Positions 15,101-27,560 of a DNA stretch of 64,000 bases are shown here, in pieces. Position 1 is the stretch's first letter. The number at the start of each line of letters is the position of its first letter. The notes under the pieces are model-generated. The model was given only the letters and a program-made list of their open reading frames with translations, did not search any database and was not told the origin of the DNA. The position numbers and the translations under genes are program-made. The stretch is from assembly GCA_965153455.1 (NCBI GenBank), contig OZ234493.1, forward strand, positions 29,936,213 through 30,000,212, written 5' to 3'. The stretch is from Sphagnum compactum. Taxonomy: Eukaryota.

Positions 15101-18100
15101 TGCGCTGACCGACGTATTTCTTCCATACGTTGTACGCCTTTTGGCATAAATATTGACCAAAGAAGGGTATACGCCTTAGAAGGGAAAACACATATTTCTC
15201 GCGCATGTATTCTTCAAGTGGTTGGAAGCTGCTCTCTTTCATTGTGCCTGTTAGAAAAACCCCATCACAACACCACCCAAAAAAATTGTCATCCATCCAT
15301 AAAGATGATAAATATTCAACATACTAAATTGAAAACACATGGGGGGTGGATGGGTGTTGGTTAGCATGGTTGAATCCCAAGTGAATCCGTGACAATCATC
15401 CATCAGTTATGCATCCATCCATCCATCAGTTATCTATCCGGGAAATGTTTCTGTAATGGACTCCACCACATGACCTTAGAATGTATCTTAAGGCAAAAGA
15501 GGAATTATGGAAACTCAAACATTTCACCGTGCAAAAATATAACCTTCAAAAAATCGTCTAAAAGAAACCCAAAAATCCTTTCAAGATATCATAACTCTCA
15601 TAACTAAATAGACAGATGATGGGATGCATGAAATGTCTGTCCGGCTTAAATAGACGGATGACGAGATGAAATGAAACTTTCCATCCGGTTGGATGACGGG
15701 ACGGATTAAGGGAAAGCTTCACGACGTCCTTTACTATATATAATAATAACCTCAAGTTTCAACACAAGCCAAAATATATCATCTTTCAAAAATCCTCACA
15801 TAAAAATTAGACCTTTCATCCGGGGGGCCAAAATCCCTTAAGCTACTACTATATACTCTATAATGAATCGAAACACAATATCGACCAACGAAACAAGAAT
15901 GAAACTTAATCAATCATCCATCCATAACAAAGTGACTCATCCATTCGTCTAATGATGGCCCCTTGTACCAGTTTTATACCAGTCTCACTACTAGTGTTTA
16001 GGGTTTAGGGTTTTTAATATTTATTTTGTACTAGCCAAAAATCAGTCTTGGACCTAATACCAAGCAAGACCAGATTGGTATGAAAGTTTTTTAAAAGTAC
16101 CCAATAGCCTTTTTTTTTTTTTCTGGCTATATATATATATATATATATATAGTCAAAAAGTGAGGTTACAAATTGAAAGTGCCAAAATTGAGTGTTTTTT
16201 GAGATTTTTAGTAGCCAGAATTTGCCGAAAATTTAAAGAAAATTGTCAGATTTCTTCTATACATGGTTGAAGTAAGTAGGGCAGAAACATAGAATGATTG
16301 TTCAATTTAATTTTTTTTACAAAGTTTCATATTTAGCTTGTAGCCAAAATTTGGCAAAATTGAAAGAAAGAAAAAAAAAAAAAAAAACAATTTTGAGTCT
16401 GCTTACCAAGGCCAGGTTCAATATGAACAACACCCGAATTGGAGATAGTGAAAGACTCGTCATTCACCTCCTCTCGTCGACATACGACCAAATCATACGG
16501 CTTGTACTCCGCAATGCCACAAATTGCTAAGTTGCAATAGAAGAATTTCACTCGAGCTTGGCCCTCGTGCTCCGCAAAGAAATGAACTGCTTCATCCCCC
16601 GTTTTTATATGTTCCAGGTTCAGGTCGGTTACTTCACTTGCCTAAAAACCGGACAAAATTAACCACCCGTGTATATATACATATTATTATTATTTTTTTT
16701 ATTTTTTTTACTATGGCTTAAAAGACCGTAACGGTGTTACAAATCAACAAAAATTTGTGAGACTTTAGGAAAACAAAGAACCGAATGCACATTTGCTTTT
16801 ATGTGTGGAGGTGGAAACGGACAATCATTTATTTTGTGACTCCAAAAATCGTCATGTTTTTCACATTTTTTCTCATCATCTCTTAAGTATTCAAAATGGC
16901 ATTTTAAATCCATGAAAATTTTTACATAAATAAAATTCTCAACAATAATTGCTTCCAAAGTGGGGTAATTAATTAAAGACCAACAAACATTGCATATTAT
17001 TATAATTATAATAATAATTATAATACATTTGGTTGGCTTTTTTTTTTTTTTTAAATGAAACCTTGAGCTTTGCTTTATCATCATCAGCACTAGAGGCTCG
17101 CAAAGCTTTGGTGGGTTTCTTTTGCAGCTCCACAACTGGCACACTGAAATTTAACAAATTTAACAAAAAATAATGTCCGCTTATATAACATGAGCAACAC
17201 TTGCAATCTTTTTCTAGGGTTTTTTCTAGGGTTTTTTTTTTTTTTTGTGGGGGGGGGATTTTTTTAGGGTTTAAGAATTAAGGGATTTGAACCCCAAACA
17301 AGATTTAATAGGCAAAAAAAATTTATGCCAATCATGAACTAGGCACATGAAGAACACATGAAGAACAAACACATAATCCCTAAGTTTAATTTACATGGGT
17401 GCCAATGTATGTTGGATGCAATAGATGTGGGTTTTGTTCAAGATTTCTGCAAAAAGAGAGAGAGAGAGAGAGAGGGGGGGGGAAAAGCGAATAATTTGAA
17501 CTGGAGTTTTTAAATGAATTTTGAAAAATAAAATTGGGTGTCTCCGAAGAGAAAAATGACAATTAATTTTGTGTCAAGTAGGTACCTAGCGGATCGTTTC
17601 AATTTGGACTTAATTCGGTCGGTTAAAACATTTGCGGGATCCCTCAACACATCTCGCCATCCACCAAAATCAGGATACACAACCGAAACATCTTCGACGG
17701 GACGAAGAAATCCGAGGTTGTTGGCAATCGCTCCTTCAATGCCAATGGGTGGTACGCTCTCTGAAGGTTGCCAAAGAGTTGCACCCCCGATTCCATCTTC
17801 TCTTGGCCGGAGTCGCCTCTTGTGAAGTTGATACATTTGCTCCAATTCCTCGGGGCTTGGAATCCCATAAATCGGAGTCGATTTTACAACTGACTCTTGC
17901 GGGTGCCAAGCTCGATATCGACCAAATGAGGTCATTGACTCAAGTGGTGGAGAAGGAGGAGGAGGAGGAAGAGGTGCAAAGGACGACAACGCAAAGTCAT
18001 TTGGTCGATCATCCTTCATAAGAATAGCAATCGCATTCTCTTCCTTTAAGGATTTGTTGTCTCTTGTTGAACCATCAAGAAGATCAAGAGCTTTCTTCAC

Positions 18101-18457
18101 ATTCCCTCCCTCAATTTGATCCTTGACTACTATCGATTTTGGGGTTGAGGATGGACTTGAAGGACTCGATGGAAGGTGGCTCGAGGAGGAGAGTGCACTC
18201 CTTGGTGGTGAAGATGATGATCGAGATGTTTCTCCTGGCAACAAAGCTTTTCCTCGTTGTCGTTGGTTGGGTGTTGTCTTTTTCTTGTGACTAGGAAGTG
18301 CGGGATCATGGTGTTGCATTCCCACACTTTTATTGATCTTGATCAACATTTGTAACATCTCTTCAGTTGATGCCTCTGCTTCGAATGCCGTCGTCCTCCT
18401 CTTATTACTACTTGACCCACTACTACCACTACTCTTCTTCTTCTTCTTCATCTCCAT
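184..18457 (-). CDS. Axonemal inner-arm dynein heavy chain (single-headed, DNAH6-like N-terminal tail); 3' part continues beyond the left window edge
   Basis: 24 GT-AG exons joined in phase by hand (5'->3'): 18457-17586, 17143-17062, 16641-16407, 15247-14817, 14001-13645, 13224-13012, 12791-12640, 12393-12189, 11672-11268, 10920-10513, 10215-9691, 9116-8865, 8139-7652, 7286-7184, 6660-6502, 5962-5732, 5472-4969, 4775-4503, 4148-3213, 3081-2884, 2135-1923, 1628-1381, 1243-952, 354-184 (7953 nt, 2651 codons). Hallmark motifs: linker [20 protein letters not shown]1 [18 protein letters not shown] and [22 protein letters not shown]2 GLSYSGKT and [28 protein letters not shown]3 [11 protein letters not shown]4 [10 protein letters not shown]. 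Subfamily is from recalled similarity (YKPYDLVV...[15 protein letters not shown]), not a search. Confidence 0.95.
2295..2793. repeat. Intronic minisatellite, ~86-bp unit x ~6
   Basis: Core aaatggcttaacaatcaagaatgggtt recurs at 2331, 2417, 2504, 2588, 2674 and 2760 (periods 84-87 bp). Confidence 0.95.
4160..4192 (+). repeat. Interstitial telomere-like (TTTAGGG)n tract
   Basis: tttagggtttagggttttagggtttagggttta. Similar tracts at ~2796-2813, 6347-6366, 6410-6425 (opposite sense), 15997-16013, 30620-30643, 30700-30750 and 47903-47925. Confidence 0.85.
6037..6149. repeat. Short tandem repeat x3 (aaaccctaaatccattccaatctaagca)
   Basis: Three copies visible in a dynein intron. Confidence 0.85.
6776..7085 (+). 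mobile_element. Dispersed ~310-bp non-coding repeat, family A, copy 1
   Basis: Shares ttaaggcaaaagaagaattatgg...ctcaagtttcaacacaagccaaaatatatcatctttcaaaaatcc with 15468-15880 and, reverse-complemented, with 46755-46998. Confidence 0.75.
8223..8598. repeat. Diverged ~190-bp direct duplication in a dynein intron
   Basis: caatctcaagta...ctccttcaacacccacccatttgttt...cactcttgaataaattgtt occurs at ~8223-8397 and ~8415-8598. Confidence 0.85.
11707..11778. repeat. Tandem duplication, ~36 bp
   Basis: gaccctccccccgg(a)ncattagataggg twice. Confidence 0.85.
14262..14640. repeat. Diverged ~165-bp duplicated intronic repeat, related to the reverse strand of ~11820-11860
   Basis: aaagtagggg(g)cta...ggggacc.aatcaaaagt at 14262 and 14426. 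Confidence 0.6.
15468..15880 (+). mobile_element. Family A repeat, copy 2, with a ~140-bp internal insertion (~15605-15745)
   Basis: Collinear with 6776-7085 except for extra sequence between ataact and ctcaagtttcaacac. Confidence 0.7.
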
Positions 18458-21400
18458 TTTTTAAAAAAGCTTACAAAATTGTGTTTACAAAAAGCATGTA
18501 AAAAAAGCATATTGAAACCACATGTCACAACAACAACAACAACACCATCAAAAAGCAAGCAAAAGACACTCTTGTGAAGTGATTGAAATCAATCAAAAGA
18601 GGGTTTAAAATAGCAAAAGGTTCTAGTTGAGTTCAAAACCCTAAGATTATTATCATGTTTCTTATGTCCCACAAGAATCTTGAGTACCTATTTTACAAAG
18701 AAAGGAAGTTGAGTTCATGGGCCAAAAAACCTTTGGACCTTTGCTTGAGTCCAACTCCACAATCTCTCTCAATGAAGATGGCAGTTGCTGCTGCTTCTAC
18801 CTCCAAGTCAGTTAGTTACATACAAACCAGTGTTGGTCTGGTATATATAACCCTATAGGCTTGTGCCTGGTATTAACTATTTAACCCTGGTATGAGTTGA
18901 GGCAACACCAGACCAAGGTTCTTTTTTCAGTTTTGTGATATCAAAAATGTGGAGAATTTTTTTCCCACAACATTAGCAAACTTAGTCTAATTAATGGTAC
19001 CAAAAAAACCCCAAAAAATCAAATTTATTTGTATAAAAAGCAAAGCCAATAAAAAATAATAATAATTTAAAGTCGAAAAGAAAATTACCAAATTTCACAA
19101 CTATATAAGAATATGCAATTATGAAATGTGAAACTAATGGTATGGTATTTATGTGTGTATAGTAGGTATGGGGTATTATTGGTCAGTTGTTATACAAGGA
19201 TGGAAAGGTGCTTCTCCAAGACACCTCTTGGGTGATTTTCTTTGCTTGTTGAAGTAGTGTTAATTTTTTAAAAATTCATGACCCATTTTGTTCAGGATAT
19301 GTCTTCAAAAGGACTCATAATGGGCGTTCAGGGTTGTATCATGTTGTTCTTCTCCTTCTCATTCTTCTTCTTCTTCTTTGCTTGATTACTGAGTAATTTG
19401 TCATCTACTCGAGCAAGGGACGAAAAAAAAAAAAAAACCTGGAGGAAGGAAGGATCAAAATGTATTGCACTTGCATACACAAGAAAAACAAGCATGAGTG
19501 ATGATGATAAATGATAATTTTTACATGGAATTCAACCATTCTTTCAAAGCTTGTTGAATTTTTTTGGAGCTTTTCAACTTTGAATATCAATTAGCTTTTC
19601 TCTCTTTCTCTCTCTCTAATTTTGCTTTCATTGCCTTGTGACATCTGCTATATGTGCCTTATTTATTATATTTGAAGAAAAATACAACTTATGTACATGT
19701 ATGTGAATTTTGTATTGGATTTTGCAACAAAATTGAAAGAAAAAAACTTGAACTTCTTTTGCATCTGGAAATGCCCTAATTCCTTACTTTGAAATCTATT
19801 GCATGATACAATCACATAAAAATGGAAAGAAAAGAAAAGATGATCACAACTTCTTCGACTATTGACATTTTTGCACATTTTTCACATTGAAAATTATACA
19901 CTCCTAAAACACTCCATCTCTTGACATTGTTCACTCAATCACAAAACCTTTGTGTTTTTCCCCATTGATTTAAACTTGGTGAATGGGACGACAGGACTAA
20001 AAATGCAATTGGATCATTGGGATGGAGATTCTACATGCCGATAGGGTGAAAAAACATTCAAGGGTACACATGAAGTGACGACAAACATTCACCATTCAAG
20101 CCTTCTTTGCCATCTCATCTCACATCCAAGATTGGTATTTGGTGTTGTGGTGGGTTTTTGAATGCATTGAAAGTGCATTGAAAGTGCAACAACATTGGCA
20201 ATATCAATTGAGACAATTGAACAACCAAGGTGTAAAAGCCAATTGTAAAGGGAGGTGATGGAACTTCGTGAAAGACGATTTGGAGGGGCAGATCGAGCAC
20301 ATCGTGTGCTCGCCCATGTTGCCCAGGTAAACAACAACCCTCTAATGTCATGATTGGGTGCCAAATTAAAACTATGTAAAATAGTGTTTATATTGTATTT
20401 GTTTTAACAAAATTATGCAATGTTGAATTGACAATATTCTCAACTTTTTTCAACATCAAATCATGAAACCTAAATTGAAGATTTTCTTTTGAGGGTTTGC
20501 CACATTTCCACATTCATTTGTTTGGCTTGTTGGAATAATCTACCATTCCAATTTAAGACTATTTGGAAGTGTTCAATTTTTACAATTGGTTATGCATTCA
20601 TTTTGATAGTGGACAAGAATACAAGGAAAAAAATTTCCCTTATCATTGTTGATTTGGGTAGGTTACTACACATATCGCTAAAGTTGGTTAGAGGTGATTC
20701 ATATTCCAATTTGTATTAGAGGTGTCTTGGATTTCATGTTTGGAAACAAAACTTCACAACATTGAATTCACCATGTTATTGTTTTCAACAAGTTGTTGAA
20801 AATAATGTGATTTCAAAGTGAGAAATTTCTAAATCCCTAACGTAAAGGAAGTCAAAATCCGTTACAAAATTGTTACATCGGTAGTATATGGAATGGAAGC
20901 TTTTGATTGTTATTTCATGAGGCATGATTGCAACAATTGTTCAGAATAATTCTCTTGAATATTGATATTTCAACAAGTAAAATAGCCTTAGTTGGATGAA
21001 GTAGAAAACCTAACCCAAGAAATGAGTATTTGTGCCACAAATAAAAGGGTCAACAAAGAACTATGTTGTTCACCCTTGTTTCCCTTCATGAAATATTTTC
21101 AATTTTTCAATGGGTCATTAGACAACTGGAACATGGGCAAAGCCTAAAATATTTGAGAAGAAGATGAGAAATTTGCAAAGCAATAATGTGTTTCGTCCTC
21201 CACTTTCTCAACTATTCACTCTTGAGATCCAAACACATTCTTTTTCCTAAACTTGCAAAATAGTCATAGCATGTTTCATGTTGAATTGTGTTAAATGAAG
21301 TTTTTCTAACACCCATAGATCCAAGTTGCCACTTAAGAGGACCAATTTCTTCTTTTGTCTTGTGTGTTTCTAGGGTGTACCCTTGTGTCAATTTGGCCCT

Positions 21401-22349
21401 TTGTTGGACATTTCATAAATGATCATAGTGATTTAAAACATGGGGAACTTGATGTTCTTGCCATTAATCCATATCCTTCATCCTAAATCCTAAAGGCAAT
21501 GAACATTTTATCGGCATGCAATTAGGTAGTCCACAATTGAATTAATTACAAGCCAACTTCGTTGATTAGAATTTCATCCACCTATGGTTTTTCTATCCAT
21601 TGTTGTGCCAAATGGGTGTCCAAACAATGGAATCGCACCATACACAAAAGCATGGTGCCAATTTAATTAACATTTAGTGGCTTTAATCAGGCAAACTATT
21701 TGCTAAATCATGAGTGTGATTAATGAAATCGGGTAGAACCTCAACTAATTCATGAAAACTTAAGTAAAACTATTTCATTTAAGACTCACAATGTTTTGGG
21801 TTTAGAATCACACTTTATTAACAAAGTCATATTTCTAGAAAATCTTTTACCATGTGAATTTATTTTTTCAAAATAGACTTCAATTTTAGTATTAGGATAA
21901 GAATTTCTTTAATAATAGTAGTCGTCAATGGTTTGCTTAAAGGAAGGATTGATCCATTATGTGTAAGCTTTGAATGCCTTAGGGTTCCATGTTTGCTTGA
22001 GGAGGGGAAGATGAAACAATATGAAGCTTACCTTCACAAGCTTGTCTGCCTTAGTGTGCCTTGAAATGCCATATGATATCCTATGGCAAGTTTGCAACCA
22101 TTCATAAAGCACCATCATTTATAATAATACCCGGTATAGAAGACAATTGTAATAATTTTTTTCTTAATAATGAATAATTATTTCTTGTTAGTAAATGCCA
22201 ATTCAGAAGTTATTTTAATTCATATGACAATTTCTATTTGTTACTTCATAAAGCACTAGAGAAATTTCCTAGTGTATTTGGAGGCCACCTTTATATCCAT
22301 GAATATCCCTCTCACTCTTAAAGCAATAAGTGTAAGAACCTTCCTTCAT

Positions 22350-22540
22350 CGTGATGTAGTTGAGGTGGTGATCATCCATAAGGTGATTTAGCCAAATTTG
22401 GCTATTAAAATTATGGGAATTTATACACATATATATATATGGGCTACCTAGTTTAATCATGTATAAAAATCTGAATTTGGTTTTGAATTTTGGTGATTTT
22501 GTAAAGAAAATCATTGAATTTACAACAATACAATTCAATT
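22350..22540 (+). mobile_element. Dispersed repeat family B (palindrome TAGCCAAATTTGGCTA)
   Basis: Perfect 16-bp palindrome at 22389-22404 preceded by gatcatccataagg. Related copies at ~13300, 16120-16360, 23120-23330, 39640-39880, 60640-60845 and 62450-62680. Confidence 0.7.
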
Positions 22541-23819
22541 TTTCACTCAAGGTTGCTCATGGTTTATGTATGTTTCTAAGTTCATGATAATGTCACCTCA
22601 TGCTTTATGATGGGTAAAGCCCATGGGTGGGGGACATGCACAAAACATGGGGGGCCAAACTTGGCTATGACCTCACGGTAGGCCCCTTATTTTGGGGATG
22701 CCCCCACCCTAGGGCTTTACCCTACACATAAGGGATCTCATTGTTTTCTTTTAGTGTAAACATGTGGCACCTTACTTGCACTAAGCAAGGTGACCCCACC
22801 CCCTACGGAAGGGCCTTATGCATCTTTGGAGGCATCTTACACCCCATGTAAGGCACCTCTAAACCCTACACTTTGAGGAGTATAGAAAGATGGGAACCAT
22901 ATAATGCCATTTCTTGACCCGAAAGGTCCTAATAGCATGGCATTAAGGTTTGCTCAAGGAGCCTTGCTAGGTAGGTGTAATGTCCCACCTACTCCCAAAT
23001 TTGTAGGCATAAGACCCCTCGTCTTTCCTAAGAGAGGGTCCTTATATTTTTGTTCTCCCAACATACTATTGTCAGTTTATGTTTTTTTTTTTAGGGCCTT
23101 TTTTTTTTTTTGAATGCAACAAAAGTGGCAATTGATCCATTGTCCATAGGAAGATGTAGGAAAAGTGGCAATCATACCTAGAAAGATTTAGCCAAATCTG
23201 GCTATGAACCAATCACAATTTTTTAAAACCCTCCTCCTATATTTCTAGCTACTTAATAGAACCAAAATATAAAGAGTAATCTGAGAATTTCTCCTATATT
23301 TTATTTTATTTTATTTTCTGACTGAATTGTGGGAACCCCCCAAAATTTGACTTCATTTTCTCTTTTGGAAAACTAAGTCTATTTTCTACTTTTGGAAAAA
23401 AAAAAACTTTATTTTCTATTTTTGGAAAAATAACTTCATTTTGTATTTTGGTAAATAAAATTTATTTTCTTGTTTTGGAAGGGCAAAAAAAGGCTTCATT
23501 TTCTATATTTTTTAACCCCCCCAAAAAAATCGCCTGTTTAGCGAATTTTCACTAGTTCAAAAAAAAAAAAAAAGAAGTCTGAAGTCTATAGTCCCTACCA
23601 CCTCATTAGGTACGCCTACTAGGTCCTTAGGTACCGCCACTCTAGGGACGTCACTCGTTAAACCACCAGTAGGGCCGGTTCCACCAGGGGCGGAAGAGAC
23701 GTTAGAGAGGCTCGAGGGGCGAAGCGAGGCACTCCAGATTCCTTTGATGATAATGGCACAAACTCGTTCTCAAAATCCCTTCCAAGTTTTTCCCTTGAAG
23801 AATTTGCAGACAGAAATCC

Positions 23820-23885
23820 GAGAGAGAGAGAGAGTGTGTGTGTGTGTGTGTGTGTGTGTTTGTGAGAGAGAGAGAGAGAGTGAGA
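23820..23885. repeat. Compound (GA)n(GT)n(GA)n microsatellite in the MEX1 5' leader
   Basis: Seen directly. Confidence 0.9.
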
Positions 23886-23957
23886 GTGTTTTGTTTTGTT
23901 TGGTTTTGTGTTGAATTATTTTTTTTTGGTTTGGTTTTTGGTTTGGAGAGGAAGAGA

Positions 23958-24382
23958 ATGGGCCTTCTATCCAATCCAGAAGCAATTGCTTCGTCTGCTG
24001 GTGCAAGCTGCTTGCGGAAAGAAGCGGTAGCAGCAGCAGGAGCAGCAAGCACAACGTGGAAGGAAGAAGGAGGTAGATTCGCACATTTGTATCTTACGAG
24101 AGAGAGAATAACAATTGCTACTGCCGCCATTTGTATTCCCCATAGAGCTCGAGGACTTCTTTACAGGCCGTTTTCTTTCGTGAGAACTCCTTACGTCGTA
24201 GTAGAAGAAACTGGTGATGGCCGTGGCATCATTTGCAACCAATTCCCCAACCGACGCAGGAGTAGAAGGATTAGCACGCGGCTTTTTTTGCCTCAATCCT
24301 TTGCAGAGGACTCCAATGCTGCCTTGCCTGCAAACGTTCCTGAGGTTGTTGGTGTTGTTGTTGTTGCGGTTTGTTTGTGATT

Positions 24383-24421
<39 letters not shown>

Positions 24422-27400
24422 CTGTATTATTGTTTGCAATTGTGCTTATGTGTTTGTTTTTGGGAAGATCCTGGAGCTAGATTACGGGTGGAAAGTAGTG
24501 ACAACAGTTAGTTAGTTGTTGGCGTGTGTGCAGGCTATGGGCGTTACAGACCCGGAAATAGAGATTCGGTTCAAGAAATGGGATGATTGGACTGCTAGAT
24601 CGGCGGACACCGCCACATTCGCGTTCCTGCTTTTGCAGCTCCCGCAAATTTACCTGAACTTCCGCAATCTCACGGACGGCAACGCCTCTGCACTGTCTGC
24701 CGTTCCATGGATGGTAAGTAAGCATTTTTCCAAGCCCCAGACAGACAGATAGAGCTTGCCCATGGATTTCTTCATCTTCTGCTGCTCTTTCTTCTGGCTC
24801 CTGAAAATCTCCCTCAACAGCATCATCATCAGCATCTTCTGTCTTCCGTGCTCAGGAAAATCCCTCTCAACAACATCATCATCATCAGCAGCAGCAGCAG
24901 CAGCATTGGCATCATGAGCTTGCTGTCAGCATTGTCCTTCTCATCATGATCATCCATAGTTCATGACTCTTTGTGGACATTTAACAATTTTCTCCCTGTA
25001 AGCCCTTGTTTGTTTGGTTGTTTGTTTGTTTGTTTGTTTATGCGGGGTTTTTTTGGTGGTTTGATTGATGCAGGGCCAATTGACTTCTCTACTAGGAAAT
25101 CTGGCACTCTTATCATACTTTGCAGGGAAGAAGGAGAGGGGAGCAATGGTTGTGCAGGCAGTGGGTGTGATATCGACTCTCGTGGTTTTGTCACAGCTTG
25201 CCATTGCAGAGGCCATGCCATTACCAGCTTTTTTGGCAACTGCAAGCACAGTGACAGTCGGCCTTCTCCTCAACTACCTGAGCCTCAAAAATAAGCTCAG
25301 TGCCAGAATCTGGCAGCTATGGGGAGAAGCTGTCACTGTTGGGGCTGCCGCTGTACTCCCTCAGGTATATAGTATCTGCCCTGGGCTGGATGAAGTTTTC
25401 TCCTTCCCAACCACTCCATAGTGACCTAAGTTTTGAAAGCATCTCTGAACCCCAAGTGCCCCATGAACCTGTCTGTGTTGGGGACTAGGTAGTTGGCCAA
25501 AACACTTTCAAAGTGAGACATCATAAATGACCTAGCAGATCACATTCCTCCATTCTGATGCTGTACTTCAATGTTGTTTCTGTAGGTGATATGGTCAACA
25601 TTTGATACATATTCCACCCCATCCATCCTGCCTGGCTGTTTTGGTGGAGCTGTTGCCCTCAGCATGGTGGTGCTGGTAAGAAATCTGTTGAAGTACACTT
25701 TCTGCATGTCACCATATCATTGACTTTGTGCATGTGTCGGCCATATCGTTGTTTTCCCACATATCCTGTTCATTTATGAAAGGCAGCCACATAAGTTCAG
25801 AAGACTGCAGATTCTTATAGAATTGCTGCATGAGAGGAAAGGGCTGTTCTTACAGCTATATTTGTGTGGGAATGATGATGTGGGACATTACAGGCCCGAC
25901 GTGACAAGCTGTCAGCCCTGGGAATGAAGATCCTCAAAGCGATGTCAGCATGGACAGCCACTCTTCTCTTTATGTGGGGGCCTGTTGCTCAAATGGTGGG
26001 TGACTTGAATCCATGTACTCTCATGAAACACTGGTCACCATGACCTTTTGGCTAGAACCTGGCTGCCCACTTGATTCTGAGCAAAAGATAAGGACAAAAG
26101 AAGGAGAGGAGAGAGGTCTTCTCATGCAGTGGAATGGTGTCTGTGTGCGTATGCAGAATGTATTAGAATGTGACAAATATTTATGACTCATCATGGGGTT
26201 TATATCCCATTCTTATACTACTGATATGTGGTGGATGGAGAAATGTGTTTCAGTGGACGAATTATTTGAACCCTTCCAATATAAAGGGTCTGTCAGTCTA
26301 CACAGTTTTGCTGGCCATGATTGGCAATGGTCTGCTATTGCCAAGGGCTCTCTTCACACGTGACCTTATGTGGTATGCTTTTCTTTCTCCCAGGCTGATT
26401 GAATCAAGTGAAAATACCATAATGAAAATACATGTGGATGTTGTTGCTCTTGTCTGGAGTAACTGGGGTTTTTGCCTGAAGCCTGCAATGTTATGTGAGC
26501 AGGTTTGTTGGATCTTCATGGGGAACACTAATGCAAGGCTTGGGAATTCTTATCAGCATGTACATGTAAGGGCCCTCAACTCTCAGCTCTCTGCACTCTC
26601 CACGGTCACTATAATTTCTCTTTGCTGTGGGGTACTTCTCCAGTGTGGATAGAAAGTGTAGGTGCTACTCCAAATTCTCTGAATATGGAAATGAGCCTCA
26701 GAAGCAGTTTGCTCAGAGTAGCTATCATTAACACTCTGAGAGTAAAGTATAACCTGGTTTCTCCATACCCAGTCCTAGCAGTTTGACAGGCTCTTCTTAC
26801 CAGGCGATCTATTCCCGTTCCCCTGGTCAGGTTGACAGAGGCTTGAGATGCTTCAGTAATAGTGACTAGACCCATGTATTGATGGCATGCTGAGACAGCC
26901 TTCACATGTCCCTGCAAATTGTACTTTGCAACTTTTCTTGGGCCAATGATGGTTCTGATACTCATGTTTCTGCTAGACGTAACTAAAACTCCTCTAACAT
27001 TGTTCAAGTGCCCTAAAATGCTGCAGATATGATTGCATCGACCAAAATCTGTTCTATGGAATAACTGCAATAGTCATTCTTTGGATAGGTATTCTCTCTC
27101 TCTTACGTGGTTTTTCCATAGTCCTTGTCACTTTCTTTAACAGCTCCACTTGTTTTGAGGTAGAAGTGAACCTCTAGAAAAGTAGTGCAAGCAAGCATTC
27201 TGCCATCTTGCTCTGTGCTCTGCAATGCCCTCGTTAAAACTGCTCAATTGTACATTCGAACTAGTCAGGTGGTTCACCACACGCAGTGCTATTTTGCCAA
27301 GCTGAGTACAGCCTCCTAGTGCTTTTAGAACCTGTTTGTGCAGGGTTCTTGGTGCTTTCCAGTTTCCAAGAGTATCTCATACAAAGCATTAATCTAGAGG

Positions 27401-27560
27401 AACTGGGTACAGTTTAATATATATAGAAAGGCAACAAACTCTGGAACTAATTTCCTTCTCTGATGCAGGTTCTATGTTTGTGAGAGACGCAAAAGCATGT
27501 TCACTTGCAGGTCCATTGCAGTCTTTTTCTGAGCTGATCTCAGGGAGGGTACCAGAATAG
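23958..27560 (+). CDS. MEX1: Chloroplast inner-envelope maltose exporter (MALTOSE EXCESS 1-like), ~461 aa
   Basis: 9 in-phase GT-AG exons: 23958-24344, 24534-24713, 25074-25364, 25586-25675, 25894-25995, 26254-26372, 26503-26565, 27027-27088, 27469-27560 (TAG). Motifs: WDDWTAR...FLLLQLPQIYLN...ALSAVPWM, LLGNLALLSYFAGKKE...VQAVGVIST..VLSQLAIAEAMP, WTATLLFMWGPVAQMWTNYLNPSNIKGLS...GNGLLLPRALFTRDLMW. N-terminus is transit-peptide-like; the start codon is less certain. Confidence 0.93.

Noticed and set aside
17510-18457. Stand-alone 315-aa gene
   Set aside because: A GT donor at 17585 joins it in phase to downstream dynein exons, so it is treated as dynein exon 1.
22600-23050. GC-richer island as an LTR or RNA gene
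   Set aside because: No partner LTR, PBS/PPT, tRNA cloverleaf or recognisable ncRNA motif found.
23702-24386. Antisense ORFs over the MEX1 5' region
   Set aside because: Shadow frames of a GC-rich exon and microsatellites, with no recognisable domain.
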